64,000 nt of DNA from an uncultured archaeon (GTDB lineage Archaea > Asgardarchaeota > Heimdallarchaeia > Heimdallarchaeales > Kariarchaeaceae): contig CAZYCQ010000008.1 of assembly GCA_964645535.1 (NCBI GenBank), positions 18,696-82,695 on the forward strand. Direction: 5' to 3'. Below are positions 9,423 through 18,685 of the stretch, piece after piece. A program made the position numbers and the translations under genes. Position 1 is the first letter of the stretch, and every line of letters starts with the position of its first letter. The notes beneath the pieces are model-generated. The model did no database searches, was not told where the DNA came from, and saw nothing but the letters and a program-made list of their open reading frames with translations.

Positions 9423-10520
9423 ATGCCAACACATAACCTGTATCCAAAATTCTTCCTAATTTTTTTGCTAATTATCGCATTTATTTGTTTACCGTTTTTT
9501 ATTTTTCCAAATTTTGAACCACTGGGGATAAAAATTGGTGGATCAGAAGAGGTTAATATAGCGGTTCAAACATTAAAAGAATCTTATGAAGATATTCAGA
9601 TAATTGATTTTGACATGTTAAATACAATCCGTGTGGCACTGCAATTAACAAGGCAGGTGGGAGAGATCATTGTTGTTGGGCATGGAACCAATGAGGGAAT
9701 AATTATGGATGATGGTTCTATAATTTCTTGGAATAAAATTGCAAAAAGGATAAGGGAAAGTCCAAGCAACGAATTAATCTTTCTTTCATGCAATTCAAAA
9801 AATATAGACCAATATTTACAGAATAGGAATGTTTTGTCTTTTGAGGGAAATATTGATGTTTTTATCTTAGGTTACTCTGTGAGTGCAAAGTTAAATTATA
9901 ATAGGGGGTTGATAAATGAAGCAAGTAACCTTTTTGCAAAATCTATTCAACGAGGCCTAGATCTCTATAGTGGAAAATCTGAACCAAAACTTCTAGGAGG
10001 GTGTTGGTATAATCCTTGGATGACTTATGAATATGGGAGATCTGGGAGGTTATGTAACACCGAAAAAATGTGGGATTTTGGGAATTTAGTAATGCTAATT
10101 TTAGGTTTATTTTTTACAGCATCACTTCCTATACTCGTGCCATATATTGGTGGAACAATATACCTCGCTAAGGTAGACCTTTTTACAACAGGTGCAAATT
10201 TAATCGGAATGCTAAATGGTGATATTAGCCAAGTTGCTGCAATCGGAGGTGCGCTTGTTGCATTCATTCCGCCTTTAGTAAATTATGTTATAGGCTACTT
10301 AATTCCTCGCCTTCCATGGTACAAGCAAGCAGGAGTTTTAATTGATGTTTCAGCGCAGGGGGTGGCAATCACAGGCTCTGGAGGAGCGGTTATTGCACTA
10401 AAGGCAGCCTTGTTAATCAGCCAAATTCTTCCATGGCTCTGGTGGATTGCAGGAACTTGGAGTGATATTACAGATTGGGATGATATTGCAAATATGCCAG
10501 CATTTATCTTTGGTGGATGA
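9423..10520 (+). CDS. Secreted/membrane-anchored protein with putative caspase/CHAT-fold peptidase domain and hydrophobic C-terminal domain
   Basis: N-terminal hydrophobic anchor; IIVVGHG...ELIFLSCNS dyad pattern; Gly/Ala-rich hydrophobic C-terminal ~170 aa. Confidence 0.55.
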   Translation: MPTHNLYPKFFLIFLLIIAFICLPFFIFPNFEPLGIKIGGSEEVNIAVQTLKESYEDIQIIDFDMLNTIRVALQLTRQVGEIIVVGHGTNEGIIMDDGSIISWNKIAKRIRESPSNELIFLSCNSKNIDQYLQNRNVLSFEGNIDVFILGYSVSAKLNYNRGLINEASNLFAKSIQRGLDLYSGKSEPKLLGGCWYNPWMTYEYGRSGRLCNTEKMWDFGNLVMLILGLFFTASLPILVPYIGGTIYLAKVDLFTTGANLIGMLNGDISQVAAIGGALVAFIPPLVNYVIGYLIPRLPWYKQAGVLIDVSAQGVAITGSGGAVIALKAALLISQILPWLWWIAGTWSDITDWDDIANMPAFIFGG

Positions 10521-10949
10521 TAGCGGTTTTTAATGATATTTTTTTACAGGATGGTTGTTTCTTAGTTTCCATCTGCTGTTTCAATTTCCTCTGATGTCTT
10601 TGATTTTATGGATGGATGTTTTCATAATGAGTATGGAATATGGGAGGTTGTGAGGAGTTTCTTCTTTGACTTAAGGTAAGGAATTGTATAAACAATACTA
10701 ATGGGGATTGTTACCATTTGAATCGGATCGTATAATTGGATGTTTTTTAAAATTGTCCGATTTTTAATCCTTCATAGGTAATCTAAATTATTTGGGAGGA
10801 GATCAGCATTTGTGTAGATTAACCTTCTCCAAAGAAATATTAATTGCACTTTTTCTCGATAACTCGTAAGCCTTACCTTTAAAAAATATGGGATTCGATT
10901 GATGATATAGTAAAGATAGAGAGTTTGTTGGTTATAAAAAAGATGTAAA

Positions 10950-11822
10950 TCACCTTTGTTTCCCAAAAGAATAATAATAAAAGACAGTTCCTGTTTTTTT
11001 TTCTCCTCGGAGAGTTGTCAATTTGACCATTTCTTCAAACATCTTCTCAGCGGTAGAAACTTTTTCGAAATGGATTAGCCTTCTGCTGTCACCACAGTCA
11101 AGAAATATTCCTCCTTCACCGGTTTCATTCAAGGTTGGAACTTCTTTCAAATGAGAGGAAAGGTCGGAAGTAAGCTTTAATTTTTGAAAAATTAGTTGAC
11201 ACATATCAGAAAATTCCAAACTTACTTCTTGCGTATTTTTTTCTGCATCTACAATCCTAATTGAAATTGTTTTTTCGGAAAGGTCAATAATAATTGATTT
11301 CTCTATCCTCATACTTCCTAAGCCAAATGAAAAGATAACATTAATGATACTGGTAACCGCAAATAAATATATTGGGACACCAATTACAGTAAGAAAATTT
11401 TCTTTGCCCAGATCACGTAAGACATTTTTCCAAACTACAGACACATAGAGCCAATAAGTTGCAATAAGGACAATAAAAATCAAAAAATTCACCTTTTGAT
11501 CGGAAAAAACTGGACAAAATAAATCATATCCTTTTTTATGAGGATTTTTATGAAGAATCGCCATTCCTACACCAAAATTAAAGATTAATAGGGCAAGAAA
11601 GACAAGTATAATCCCTTGGACAGTGATTGGCTTTATGATGAAATTTCCGGATTGGGAGGTAAGTGAAAAAGCCCAATAAAAAAAGGGAATGCAAAATATC
11701 CAAACGGTAACCGCTTTAGAAAGTTTTTCAGAAAGTTTAGAATTGAATTCAAAAATATATCTTCTTGCCCCCTTAGATTCCAATTTAAAGTGGTTTTCTG
11801 ACTTGGTCACTTCAAATATCAA
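10950..11822 (-). CDS. Hypothetical ~4-TM membrane protein with soluble C-terminal beta-rich domain
   Basis: 290-aa ORF with TTG start, four hydrophobic segments, AT-rich. Confidence 0.65.
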   Translation of the reverse strand: MIFEVTKSENHFKLESKGARRYIFEFNSKLSEKLSKAVTVWIFCIPFFYWAFSLTSQSGNFIIKPITVQGIILVFLALLIFNFGVGMAILHKNPHKKGYDLFCPVFSDQKVNFLIFIVLIATYWLYVSVVWKNVLRDLGKENFLTVIGVPIYLFAVTSIINVIFSFGLGSMRIEKSIIIDLSEKTISIRIVDAEKNTQEVSLEFSDMCQLIFQKLKLTSDLSSHLKEVPTLNETGEGGIFLDCGDSRRLIHFEKVSTAEKMFEEMVKLTTLRGEKKTGTVFYYYSFGKQR

Positions 11823-12503
11823 AATCAGCCGATATTGATAAATTCATTGATAACACTAAGCAAGATGTTTTACAAATTGCATAATTCAAATTGGATGTAA
11901 AATTGGAATGCTTCATTTATCTCAGATTTAAATCCAAACATGCATTTAATAAGTAATAACAAAAAAAGAAAAATCGAATACCGAAAAATTTCAGACGGTT
12001 ATATAGAATATAGTTTGAATGAAAATAGAAAAAAAGTTGCGATACTTCTGCCACAATGTACAAGATTGAGAAGAATCAGTTCTTACGATACCTCCCCTTG
12101 CACAAAAGACTTTTCAGCCCTCAATTTCTTAATTACTTGGTTCAATTTTGATTTAAATGAATAAACCAAAATTACATTCTCTTTCGTATTTTCAAATTAA
12201 GCTACTTGATTGCACGTTCTTGAAATTATTAAAAATAACACCTATTGTTTCCTTTAAACAGGATGAATCTATTTAATCAAATCAATTTTTTCTGGGTCAC
12301 CTTGTATTAAAGTGTCAAAAGGATTCTGAATTCAATTTAATTACGATCATTCAAAAAACTTCGAAACAGTTGTACCTAGTTTTGTTCTCATTTGAAAGGG
12401 AAGCACCAAGGCATATTCACAAGGAGACGAATTACTGTAATTAATGAATGTCAATAAAATTCAATATTTTGATTGCTTTGAACTATAATAAACTAACGCA
12501 AAA

Positions 12504-13259
12504 TTATGCAGGAGGTGGATATCGTAGGCCCAATCCAATCTCTATGGCACTGACAATGAACCATACAATAAGAGGCATCAAGACTAAGACAATATAGGAA
12601 ACCATGAAACTCTTGCCGGAGACGGGATCTGCACCAGAGTAAACATCTTGAAACAGAAGAAAGGGGAGCAGCGTATAGAAAGAATACGTGAGGAAAATAA
12701 AAGGAGCAACAAAAATGATACCAATTAAATTGAGGGTAAGCAACATCAAGGGTACCAAAAAATTCTGTTCAATTAAAACGCCCCACAAACCTCCCAAAAT
12801 GAAAACCTGCCTTGGAAGCCATTTCCATTTCATGAATATGATCTCAATGGAAATGACAAGACCAAGGTAAAATCCTATGAAAAACAGATAATGTGATGGT
12901 TCAATCCGCCCATACTCATCAATCGATACAAAGGTCTCCATAAATATCAATAAAACAAAATTAACCATCATGCGAATGAAAACAGAGTTTGCCTTTGTTC
13001 CCAACAGTTTTCGGATAGGATGTTTTAGAAATGCAAGAACCATTATGGGATAGACTATGAAAAGCATTGATAAAGCAGTTTTTTCGAAAGTGAGGGAAAA
13101 GAGAGCAGCCATTCCATAAACAAGGGAAATTGCAAAAGAAACAGGGTTCTTGATGTCAAACTCCGGAGATTGCTTTTGGATGTTTCTGAAAAATAAGAAA
13201 AGAAAGAGGGGAGCAAATAAATAGACAAATGACAAATCAGGGTCAGTCATGGAATACAA
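12504..13259 (-). CDS. Hypothetical polytopic membrane protein
   Basis: Almost entirely hydrophobic; GGLWGVLIEQ motif. Start may be ATG 13250. Confidence 0.7.
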   Translation of the reverse strand: MYSMTDPDLSFVYLFAPLFLFLFFRNIQKQSPEFDIKNPVSFAISLVYGMAALFSLTFEKTALSMLFIVYPIMVLAFLKHPIRKLLGTKANSVFIRMMVNFVLLIFMETFVSIDEYGRIEPSHYLFFIGFYLGLVISIEIIFMKWKWLPRQVFILGGLWGVLIEQNFLVPLMLLTLNLIGIIFVAPFIFLTYSFYTLLPFLLFQDVYSGADPVSGKSFMVSYIVLVLMPLIVWFIVSAIEIGLGLRYPPPA

Positions 13260-13491
13260 GAAAAAATTCTATCTATAAAAATAATTGGAGTTCAAGAGAC
13301 ATTTATGTTTGAATTCACACAGATGCTACAGTTTTATCTGCTGAATGGATCCTAACCCCCCGTTTTAGTGCCATTCAACGAGACATCTTAATATTTCCCT
13401 GCACATATAAAATAAGAAAACAAAAGTCTATTGAACTTTACGACATATATTCTTTTAAAGAAGGAATGAGAAGAACAAAGGGGGAACTGAT

Positions 13492-14175
13492 CTGAGAATT
13501 TATGTTGTTGACCTTGAAACCACTGGGCTAGGAGGATACAAAAACGGAGATCTAGTATTGGAGATTGGGATTGCAGTTCTTGAAACCATTACTGGAAAAG
13601 TAAAGGTTGTTTATGATCAAGTGCTTTCCCATCCTCCTGAAAAAATTGAGCCACACCGAAATGCATGGATTTTCAAGAATTCTTCGCTTAGCTATGAAGA
13701 GGTTGTCAATGGAAAGCCGGTTACAGAGGCAGCAAATGAGATTCGTACAATACTGCAAGGAAGGAAAATGGCAATATACAATGTTGCGTTTGATTTTGAA
13801 AGGTTCTTGAAATGGCCACCCTACAATTTGGGCGAGGTAATTGCAGGAATACTACCTTGCATTATGGTCACAGCAACCAATGTATGTAAGATTCGTTCCC
13901 GATTTTATGGATATAAATGGCCTACATTGGAAGAGGCCAGAAGGAAACTATTGCCGGACATTCAACTTCCGAAAAATTTCAACCCCCATAGGGCGGCTTC
14001 AGATGCGTATCTCTCAGCTTTGGTTTTGCACCAATTGATTCAATTGGGACAATATAACATCAATGACAGATATCTACTTCAACAGCCAGAAAGAATTGAA
14101 AGAAATTCTTCGCCCTACCAAAATACTGCAAAGGTCAGCTTTGATGACTTTTTGAAGGGAAAACGAATTGATTGA
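13492..14175 (+). CDS. DEDDh 3'-5' exonuclease (DnaQ-like)
   Basis: ExoI VVDLETTG lies in frame upstream of the track's start (13558); ExoII YNVAFD; ExoIII HRAASD. Start inferred at CTG 13492. Confidence 0.85.
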   Translation: MRIYVVDLETTGLGGYKNGDLVLEIGIAVLETITGKVKVVYDQVLSHPPEKIEPHRNAWIFKNSSLSYEEVVNGKPVTEAANEIRTILQGRKMAIYNVAFDFERFLKWPPYNLGEVIAGILPCIMVTATNVCKIRSRFYGYKWPTLEEARRKLLPDIQLPKNFNPHRAASDAYLSALVLHQLIQLGQYNINDRYLLQQPERIERNSSPYQNTAKVSFDDFLKGKRID

Positions 14176-14177
14176 AT

Positions 14178-14387
14178 TCAGCAATCTGTGAAGGCGAATT
14201 CTTCCAAATGGTTCGGTTTGAAGGCTTCTTTGGAAGCAGAGGCGTTTCGTTTGTTCTCCAATTGCGTTAATACATAAGAAATTGCCATGTCTGTTTGTTC
14301 AGGGGACAATCTAAGATCCAAAATGTAGTTATGAATTTCGTTGACCAAGTAATCAAGGTTGATAGTCAAGTTTTTTGCTTGTGCCAT
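14178..14387 (-). CDS. Small hypothetical helical protein
   Basis: ATG 14387 gives 69 aa (MAQAKNLTINLDYLVNE...) and avoids overlap with the upstream gene. Confidence 0.5.
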   Translation of the reverse strand: MAQAKNLTINLDYLVNEIHNYILDLRLSPEQTDMAISYVLTQLENKRNASASKEAFKPNHLEEFAFTDC

Positions 14388-14469
14388 ATAATCTAAAAAG
14401 AACTTACAAGAATTAAAACCATAAGAGACTGCATTGAAACTGAAAATATTGAGGTTAAGAAAAGGGAGT

Positions 14470-14988
14470 TCAGGGATTATAATCGTGAAGAATAGTATGA
14501 TGAATGTCTGAAAGGATTTCAAGAAATGTATCCTCATCCATCTTCTGGAGTAGTTGGAAAGAAAATGAATTTAAGGTTGGATCTGGCTTGTCAAGAGAAT
14601 AGCAGAATATTTTCGGAAAACCATAGATAGAGTCCCCATATTCTTTTGTGAAGTTCTCCTTTAGCTGTACCAAACCATCTGAAATCTCAGGAGTCTCTGT
14701 AGAAAAGATCAAAAAGACAGGCAGTGATACTGCATCCATATCCAGATCAATTGAGGAGACCCTATCGAAGAAACGAACGAGGTACATGACCTCCCGATTT
14801 AGGGACGGCTTCATAGTAGAATCTATTGGCAATGAATAGGTAAATTTGAACTGACTTGATCCGGGATTTCGGATTGAACCCTTCAAACGATATCCGATGG
14901 TTTTTGATGCCAATTCAAGGAGCTTTGCCTGAATGTCCTGTGAAGCAAGAACCAACAAATGAACCATAGGTGGAATGACATTGGTCAT
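14470..14988 (-). CDS. Hypothetical alpha/beta protein, possibly a degenerate small-GTPase fold
   Basis: ATG directly follows the DUF99 stop codon; alternating strand/helix pattern. Confidence 0.6.
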   Translation of the reverse strand: MTNVIPPMVHLLVLASQDIQAKLLELASKTIGYRLKGSIRNPGSSQFKFTYSLPIDSTMKPSLNREVMYLVRFFDRVSSIDLDMDAVSLPVFLIFSTETPEISDGLVQLKENFTKEYGDSIYGFPKIFCYSLDKPDPTLNSFSFQLLQKMDEDTFLEILSDIHHTILHDYNP

Positions 14989-15576
14989 TTAAGAAACCTC
15001 CAGAGAAAGATCTGCCAACAGATCTTCTTCATAAATGGCTTTGCCTATCATGTGGGCAAGACGTAGCGGTTCAGGGACATGACCGACAACAGTTGAATGA
15101 AGCACCCACTCCCTAGCCATGTCAGAATCACATCCACTTACCTGAATCCAGAGTCCGTCCTTGATTTTCATGGGGTTTCCATGCTTGGTGATGGTCTTCC
15201 ACCTATCGTCACCATCATCCAAATTTGCCAGAGCGTTTCGGATTGCATTGAAATCGGGTTCACGAGTAAGTATCGCAACAAAAGGAAGGTGCAATTCGTC
15301 AACAATACGAGTTGGATCAATTACCCCGAACCCTCCGATGGTTATTCCCTTATGGAGAATTGCCTTGAGATTTTGCAGATGACCGCTTCGGCGGATCATG
15401 GCAATTATTTTGGAGGTGGGATCAGGGTCATCCTTAAGAATCGTGGTTTTGACGATTTTCTCAGTATAATGATGACCGCGCATAATTACCCCAAAAACAT
15501 GGACGGATCGCCATTGCGGATTGAACAATTGAAAACCTCCGTCATCAATCCCAATGAGAGGGATTTTTTTAACCAT
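14989..15576 (-). CDS. DUF99/UPF0215 (endonuclease V-like) family protein
   Basis: LIGIDDG, GVIMRG, GITIGGFGVIDP, VPEPLRLAHMIG. Start placed at ATG 15576. Confidence 0.88.
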   Translation of the reverse strand: MVKKIPLIGIDDGGFQLFNPQWRSVHVFGVIMRGHHYTEKIVKTTILKDDPDPTSKIIAMIRRSGHLQNLKAILHKGITIGGFGVIDPTRIVDELHLPFVAILTREPDFNAIRNALANLDDGDDRWKTITKHGNPMKIKDGLWIQVSGCDSDMAREWVLHSTVVGHVPEPLRLAHMIGKAIYEEDLLADLSLEVS

Positions 15577-15681
15577 ATTCAATGCACATCCTTTCATTAT
15601 AATAATACACATTTGCCTACAAAAGGAAATTCTTTGCTGTAAATTTCCCTAAGTAAAGGATAACTTTATTTTTTACGCTAT

Positions 15682-16368
15682 ATGAGAAAAGTTAGAGAAG
15701 ACATGGTCAATCGGGGAAAATTTTTTCCAATGGCTGAGAAGAAGCTTGAGAACTTCAAATGGAACAATCCACAATTTACGGAGATAATCAGGATAACACC
15801 GGAATACTACTCCAAAACCAGAATACCATTCGTATTGCGAGTTTTCTTGGCGACCATACTTATTGGAGTGGCGGGAATTCTTGCATGGATAATCTATTTT
15901 CTTTTGTCTGATCCGATAGCACGATTCTTTGAAAAATTCATCGGTACAGGCTTTTTGTCTTTTGCAATTCTCTTTTTTGGGTTAATTTCATTGTTTATTT
16001 TTTCGGACAGTGTTCTTGTACCCAATATGCTTCAGGCCCTTTTATTTGACAAGAATCGTCTGATCAAATGGAATTGTATATTTGGTGTTTCTTGGGTTAA
16101 GTCGTTTGATCTCACAAACCTAGATTATTTTGTCAAGAAGGTACTTATCGATGTTGATGAAGATGGTGTGGACGGAAGTTTTGTTATTGAGTTGCATTAT
16201 GAAAAGGATGAATATGGAAGAGAAAAGGTCAAAAGGTTGTGGTTAGAAAAACCACGCAATAAGAATGTCATTGAAGAGATTGCCAAATCCCTGAAGGAGG
16301 TTGGATTTGAAGTCAAAGAGCCTTTGGCCTCAAAATTCCTGGATTCCCTAACATCTTTCTCTAGTTGA
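15682..16368 (+). CDS. Hypothetical 2-TM membrane protein with PH-like C-terminal region
   Basis: TM hairpin followed by a beta-rich region and a terminal helix. Confidence 0.65.
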   Translation: MRKVREDMVNRGKFFPMAEKKLENFKWNNPQFTEIIRITPEYYSKTRIPFVLRVFLATILIGVAGILAWIIYFLLSDPIARFFEKFIGTGFLSFAILFFGLISLFIFSDSVLVPNMLQALLFDKNRLIKWNCIFGVSWVKSFDLTNLDYFVKKVLIDVDEDGVDGSFVIELHYEKDEYGREKVKRLWLEKPRNKNVIEEIAKSLKEVGFEVKEPLASKFLDSLTSFSS

Positions 16369-16435
16369 GGAAATATTGGGAATACCTGCACAGGATACTC
16401 GACATTGATATAAATGGTAATGAAAGAAAAAATCA

Positions 16436-17209
16436 ATGGATCAATCGGAAAGGAAAATCCTGATGCAAATTGTCATATTGGTTGGAGGCTCTCTCCTTAT
16501 AGGAATTTTGCTTTTCTATAGGTTCCATTTTGTTTTGGACAACCTGTTGGAAATACGAGATTCAGATGTGGTCGGGGCAATTGGAACCATTTATGCACTA
16601 ATTTCTGCATTTATCCTAAGCAATGTCTGGTCTAATTTTAAAGAGGCGGAGCAGGCAGTAAGTCAAGAAAATGAGGCGATCATCTCGCTTTGGAATTCTG
16701 CGGATTACTTCAATAGTCTGAAGGAATCAAACAGGATGCGAGCCGTTTTAGTTTCTTATATTGATTCAGTGTTGCGTAATGAATTTCATCATGCACGGAG
16801 ATTTGAATCGACACTTCCAGGCAAGGAATTTTTGGGAATACAAAGATTGATCGATTCAATCGAGCTGGATTCGCATAGGGATGAAATTGTGTTTTCCTCC
16901 ATCATTTCCACCTATGAAAATCTATCCATTGCAAGAAACAAAAGAATCAACCGAATGGTGGACAGCATGCCCCGGATGCTCAAGATGTTCTATATCATTG
17001 CTTCAATCATCCTTTGGGGTGGGTTTGCCTTTGAAGGGTTCAAAAATCCAATTCTTTACCTTGCCGTCAATTTTGGCATTACTACGATCATTGTTCTCAA
17101 TTACATGATTATCATTGATTTTGACAATCCCCTAGATGGTTTTATCAGAATTAGTTTTGATAGATATATTGCAAGTAGGGATTATATTATCCATGCAATT
17201 CATCGATAG
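16436..17209 (+). CDS. DUF4239 / bestrophin-like membrane protein
   Basis: GTIYALISAFILSNVW...AEQAVSQE, AR.KR, IIDFDNPLDG pattern. Confidence 0.78.
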   Translation: MDQSERKILMQIVILVGGSLLIGILLFYRFHFVLDNLLEIRDSDVVGAIGTIYALISAFILSNVWSNFKEAEQAVSQENEAIISLWNSADYFNSLKESNRMRAVLVSYIDSVLRNEFHHARRFESTLPGKEFLGIQRLIDSIELDSHRDEIVFSSIISTYENLSIARNKRINRMVDSMPRMLKMFYIIASIILWGGFAFEGFKNPILYLAVNFGITTIIVLNYMIIIDFDNPLDGFIRISFDRYIASRDYIIHAIHR

Positions 17210-17239
17210 GAGGAGAATTGGCAGCAATTCTAGCGTTTA

Positions 17240-18580
17240 TTATTCGGTTTCCGCATGGTTGATAGATCTGACAAAATCATGGAATTTCATGAGTATTTGA
17301 ACCCCTTGTTCAGAAGATTCAATCAAAACTGAATTCATTTTGAAAATGTTTGGCTTCCGTATAATGTATCCATTTTTTGTAAGTGTTTGAATTGTACTTC
17401 TGAATTGACCATACCCATTTGGGTAGACCCGTTTCAGTTCACTCATTTCAACGGAACCATGGGCATGGATATAGTCCAAAAGAAAAATTTGAGACATTTT
17501 CAGGTTCAGTATTTTTTTCAATTCTTCATTTGTAAGAATGGATGGAACTACCTTTGAATCAGAAACCAATTCAAGGGTTTCTCCCAAAGGATTTTCCAAT
17601 GCTATAAAATCATTGGCAAGAATGGCAAAAAGGATGAGAAAGCCGCTGAATAATAGTATTGAATTATTAAGAAAATGATTTGTGGTCTTCAAATATCTAT
17701 CGATGAGTAATACCAAGGTCAAGGATGAAAATAGCATCACTATGTCTCTGAAAATCCTATTCTTTCTAATTACCGATAAGGGTTGAGAGATAGACCTGTG
17801 CATCTCTTCAATTGATTTTATTTCTTGGTAGTTCTTCCTGAATTTACCGATGATGAATGAACCGATTATATAGGCAATTACAGGTGAAAAAAGAACAAGT
17901 CCGTAAAAAATCATCATTTCAATTCCATTGGATTGGGAATATGGTAGGGTGAAAATTATTGTCCAAATCAGAAAGACAAGGTAGAGATTCATCCAAGAAC
18001 GCCATTCTTCCTCAGTCGCCAGGGATGAGGCATTCCCTTTGAGAACGGAATAGCAGACAATCAAGATGCAAATAACGGAGTTTATGAGGATTTCAGCCGT
18101 AACAAAGAATAGAAGGAACATAGTCCATCCCCATGGTCCAAAGGAAAAAAGTGAACCATATTGTGGATCATCAGTCGGAGTAGTTTCATGAAGAATTGGG
18201 GCAGAAAGATATCTTTTCCAATCATGATATGCGACTTTACCGAACCCAAACAGGAAGATGAATGTTGAAATGATAAAAAGAAACAGCCAATATTTCTTTA
18301 ACACGGCCAATTCGTCACTTGGAAGGATTGACAGGTAGTTTCTGTGAGTGAATGAGATCAATTCAAAGGTGAATAAAGTCGCGAAAAAGAAAAAGCAAGA
18401 ATGGAGGACTAGAAACAGATAATCAAACAAATGGAAATGATATGTCGGACGAATGATGGAAAGCAATGGAATCCCAAAAACAGTTACAATGAAGTTGAAT
18501 AAAGCATATCCAATCAAAGCAGGTCTTTTTGTATTGGTAATTAAGGCAAAATCCATTGTTCCAAGATAAGAAAAACACAA
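17240..18580 (-). CDS. Polytopic membrane protein with C-terminal winged-HTH (MarR-like) domain
   Basis: About 8 TM segments, then QIFLLDYIHAHGSVEMSELKR...GQFRSTIQTLTKNGYIIRK...IESSEQGVQIL. Confidence 0.72.
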   Translation of the reverse strand: MCFSYLGTMDFALITNTKRPALIGYALFNFIVTVFGIPLLSIIRPTYHFHLFDYLFLVLHSCFFFFATLFTFELISFTHRNYLSILPSDELAVLKKYWLFLFIISTFIFLFGFGKVAYHDWKRYLSAPILHETTPTDDPQYGSLFSFGPWGWTMFLLFFVTAEILINSVICILIVCYSVLKGNASSLATEEEWRSWMNLYLVFLIWTIIFTLPYSQSNGIEMMIFYGLVLFSPVIAYIIGSFIIGKFRKNYQEIKSIEEMHRSISQPLSVIRKNRIFRDIVMLFSSLTLVLLIDRYLKTTNHFLNNSILLFSGFLILFAILANDFIALENPLGETLELVSDSKVVPSILTNEELKKILNLKMSQIFLLDYIHAHGSVEMSELKRVYPNGYGQFRSTIQTLTKNGYIIRKPNIFKMNSVLIESSEQGVQILMKFHDFVRSINHAETE

Positions 18581-18685
18581 CAGGGTTTTTGGATGTTTTC
18601 AACCACTTTTAACCAATTGGACAATAATTACAAAACGATAGTGCAACAGCAAATTTTTTGATTACAGATCACAAGAACAACGAAA

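Noticed and set aside
13492-15576. DEDDh exonuclease + DUF99 as a defence or repair operon
   Set aside because: They are convergent, separated by two unrelated ORFs, and both are common standalone genes.
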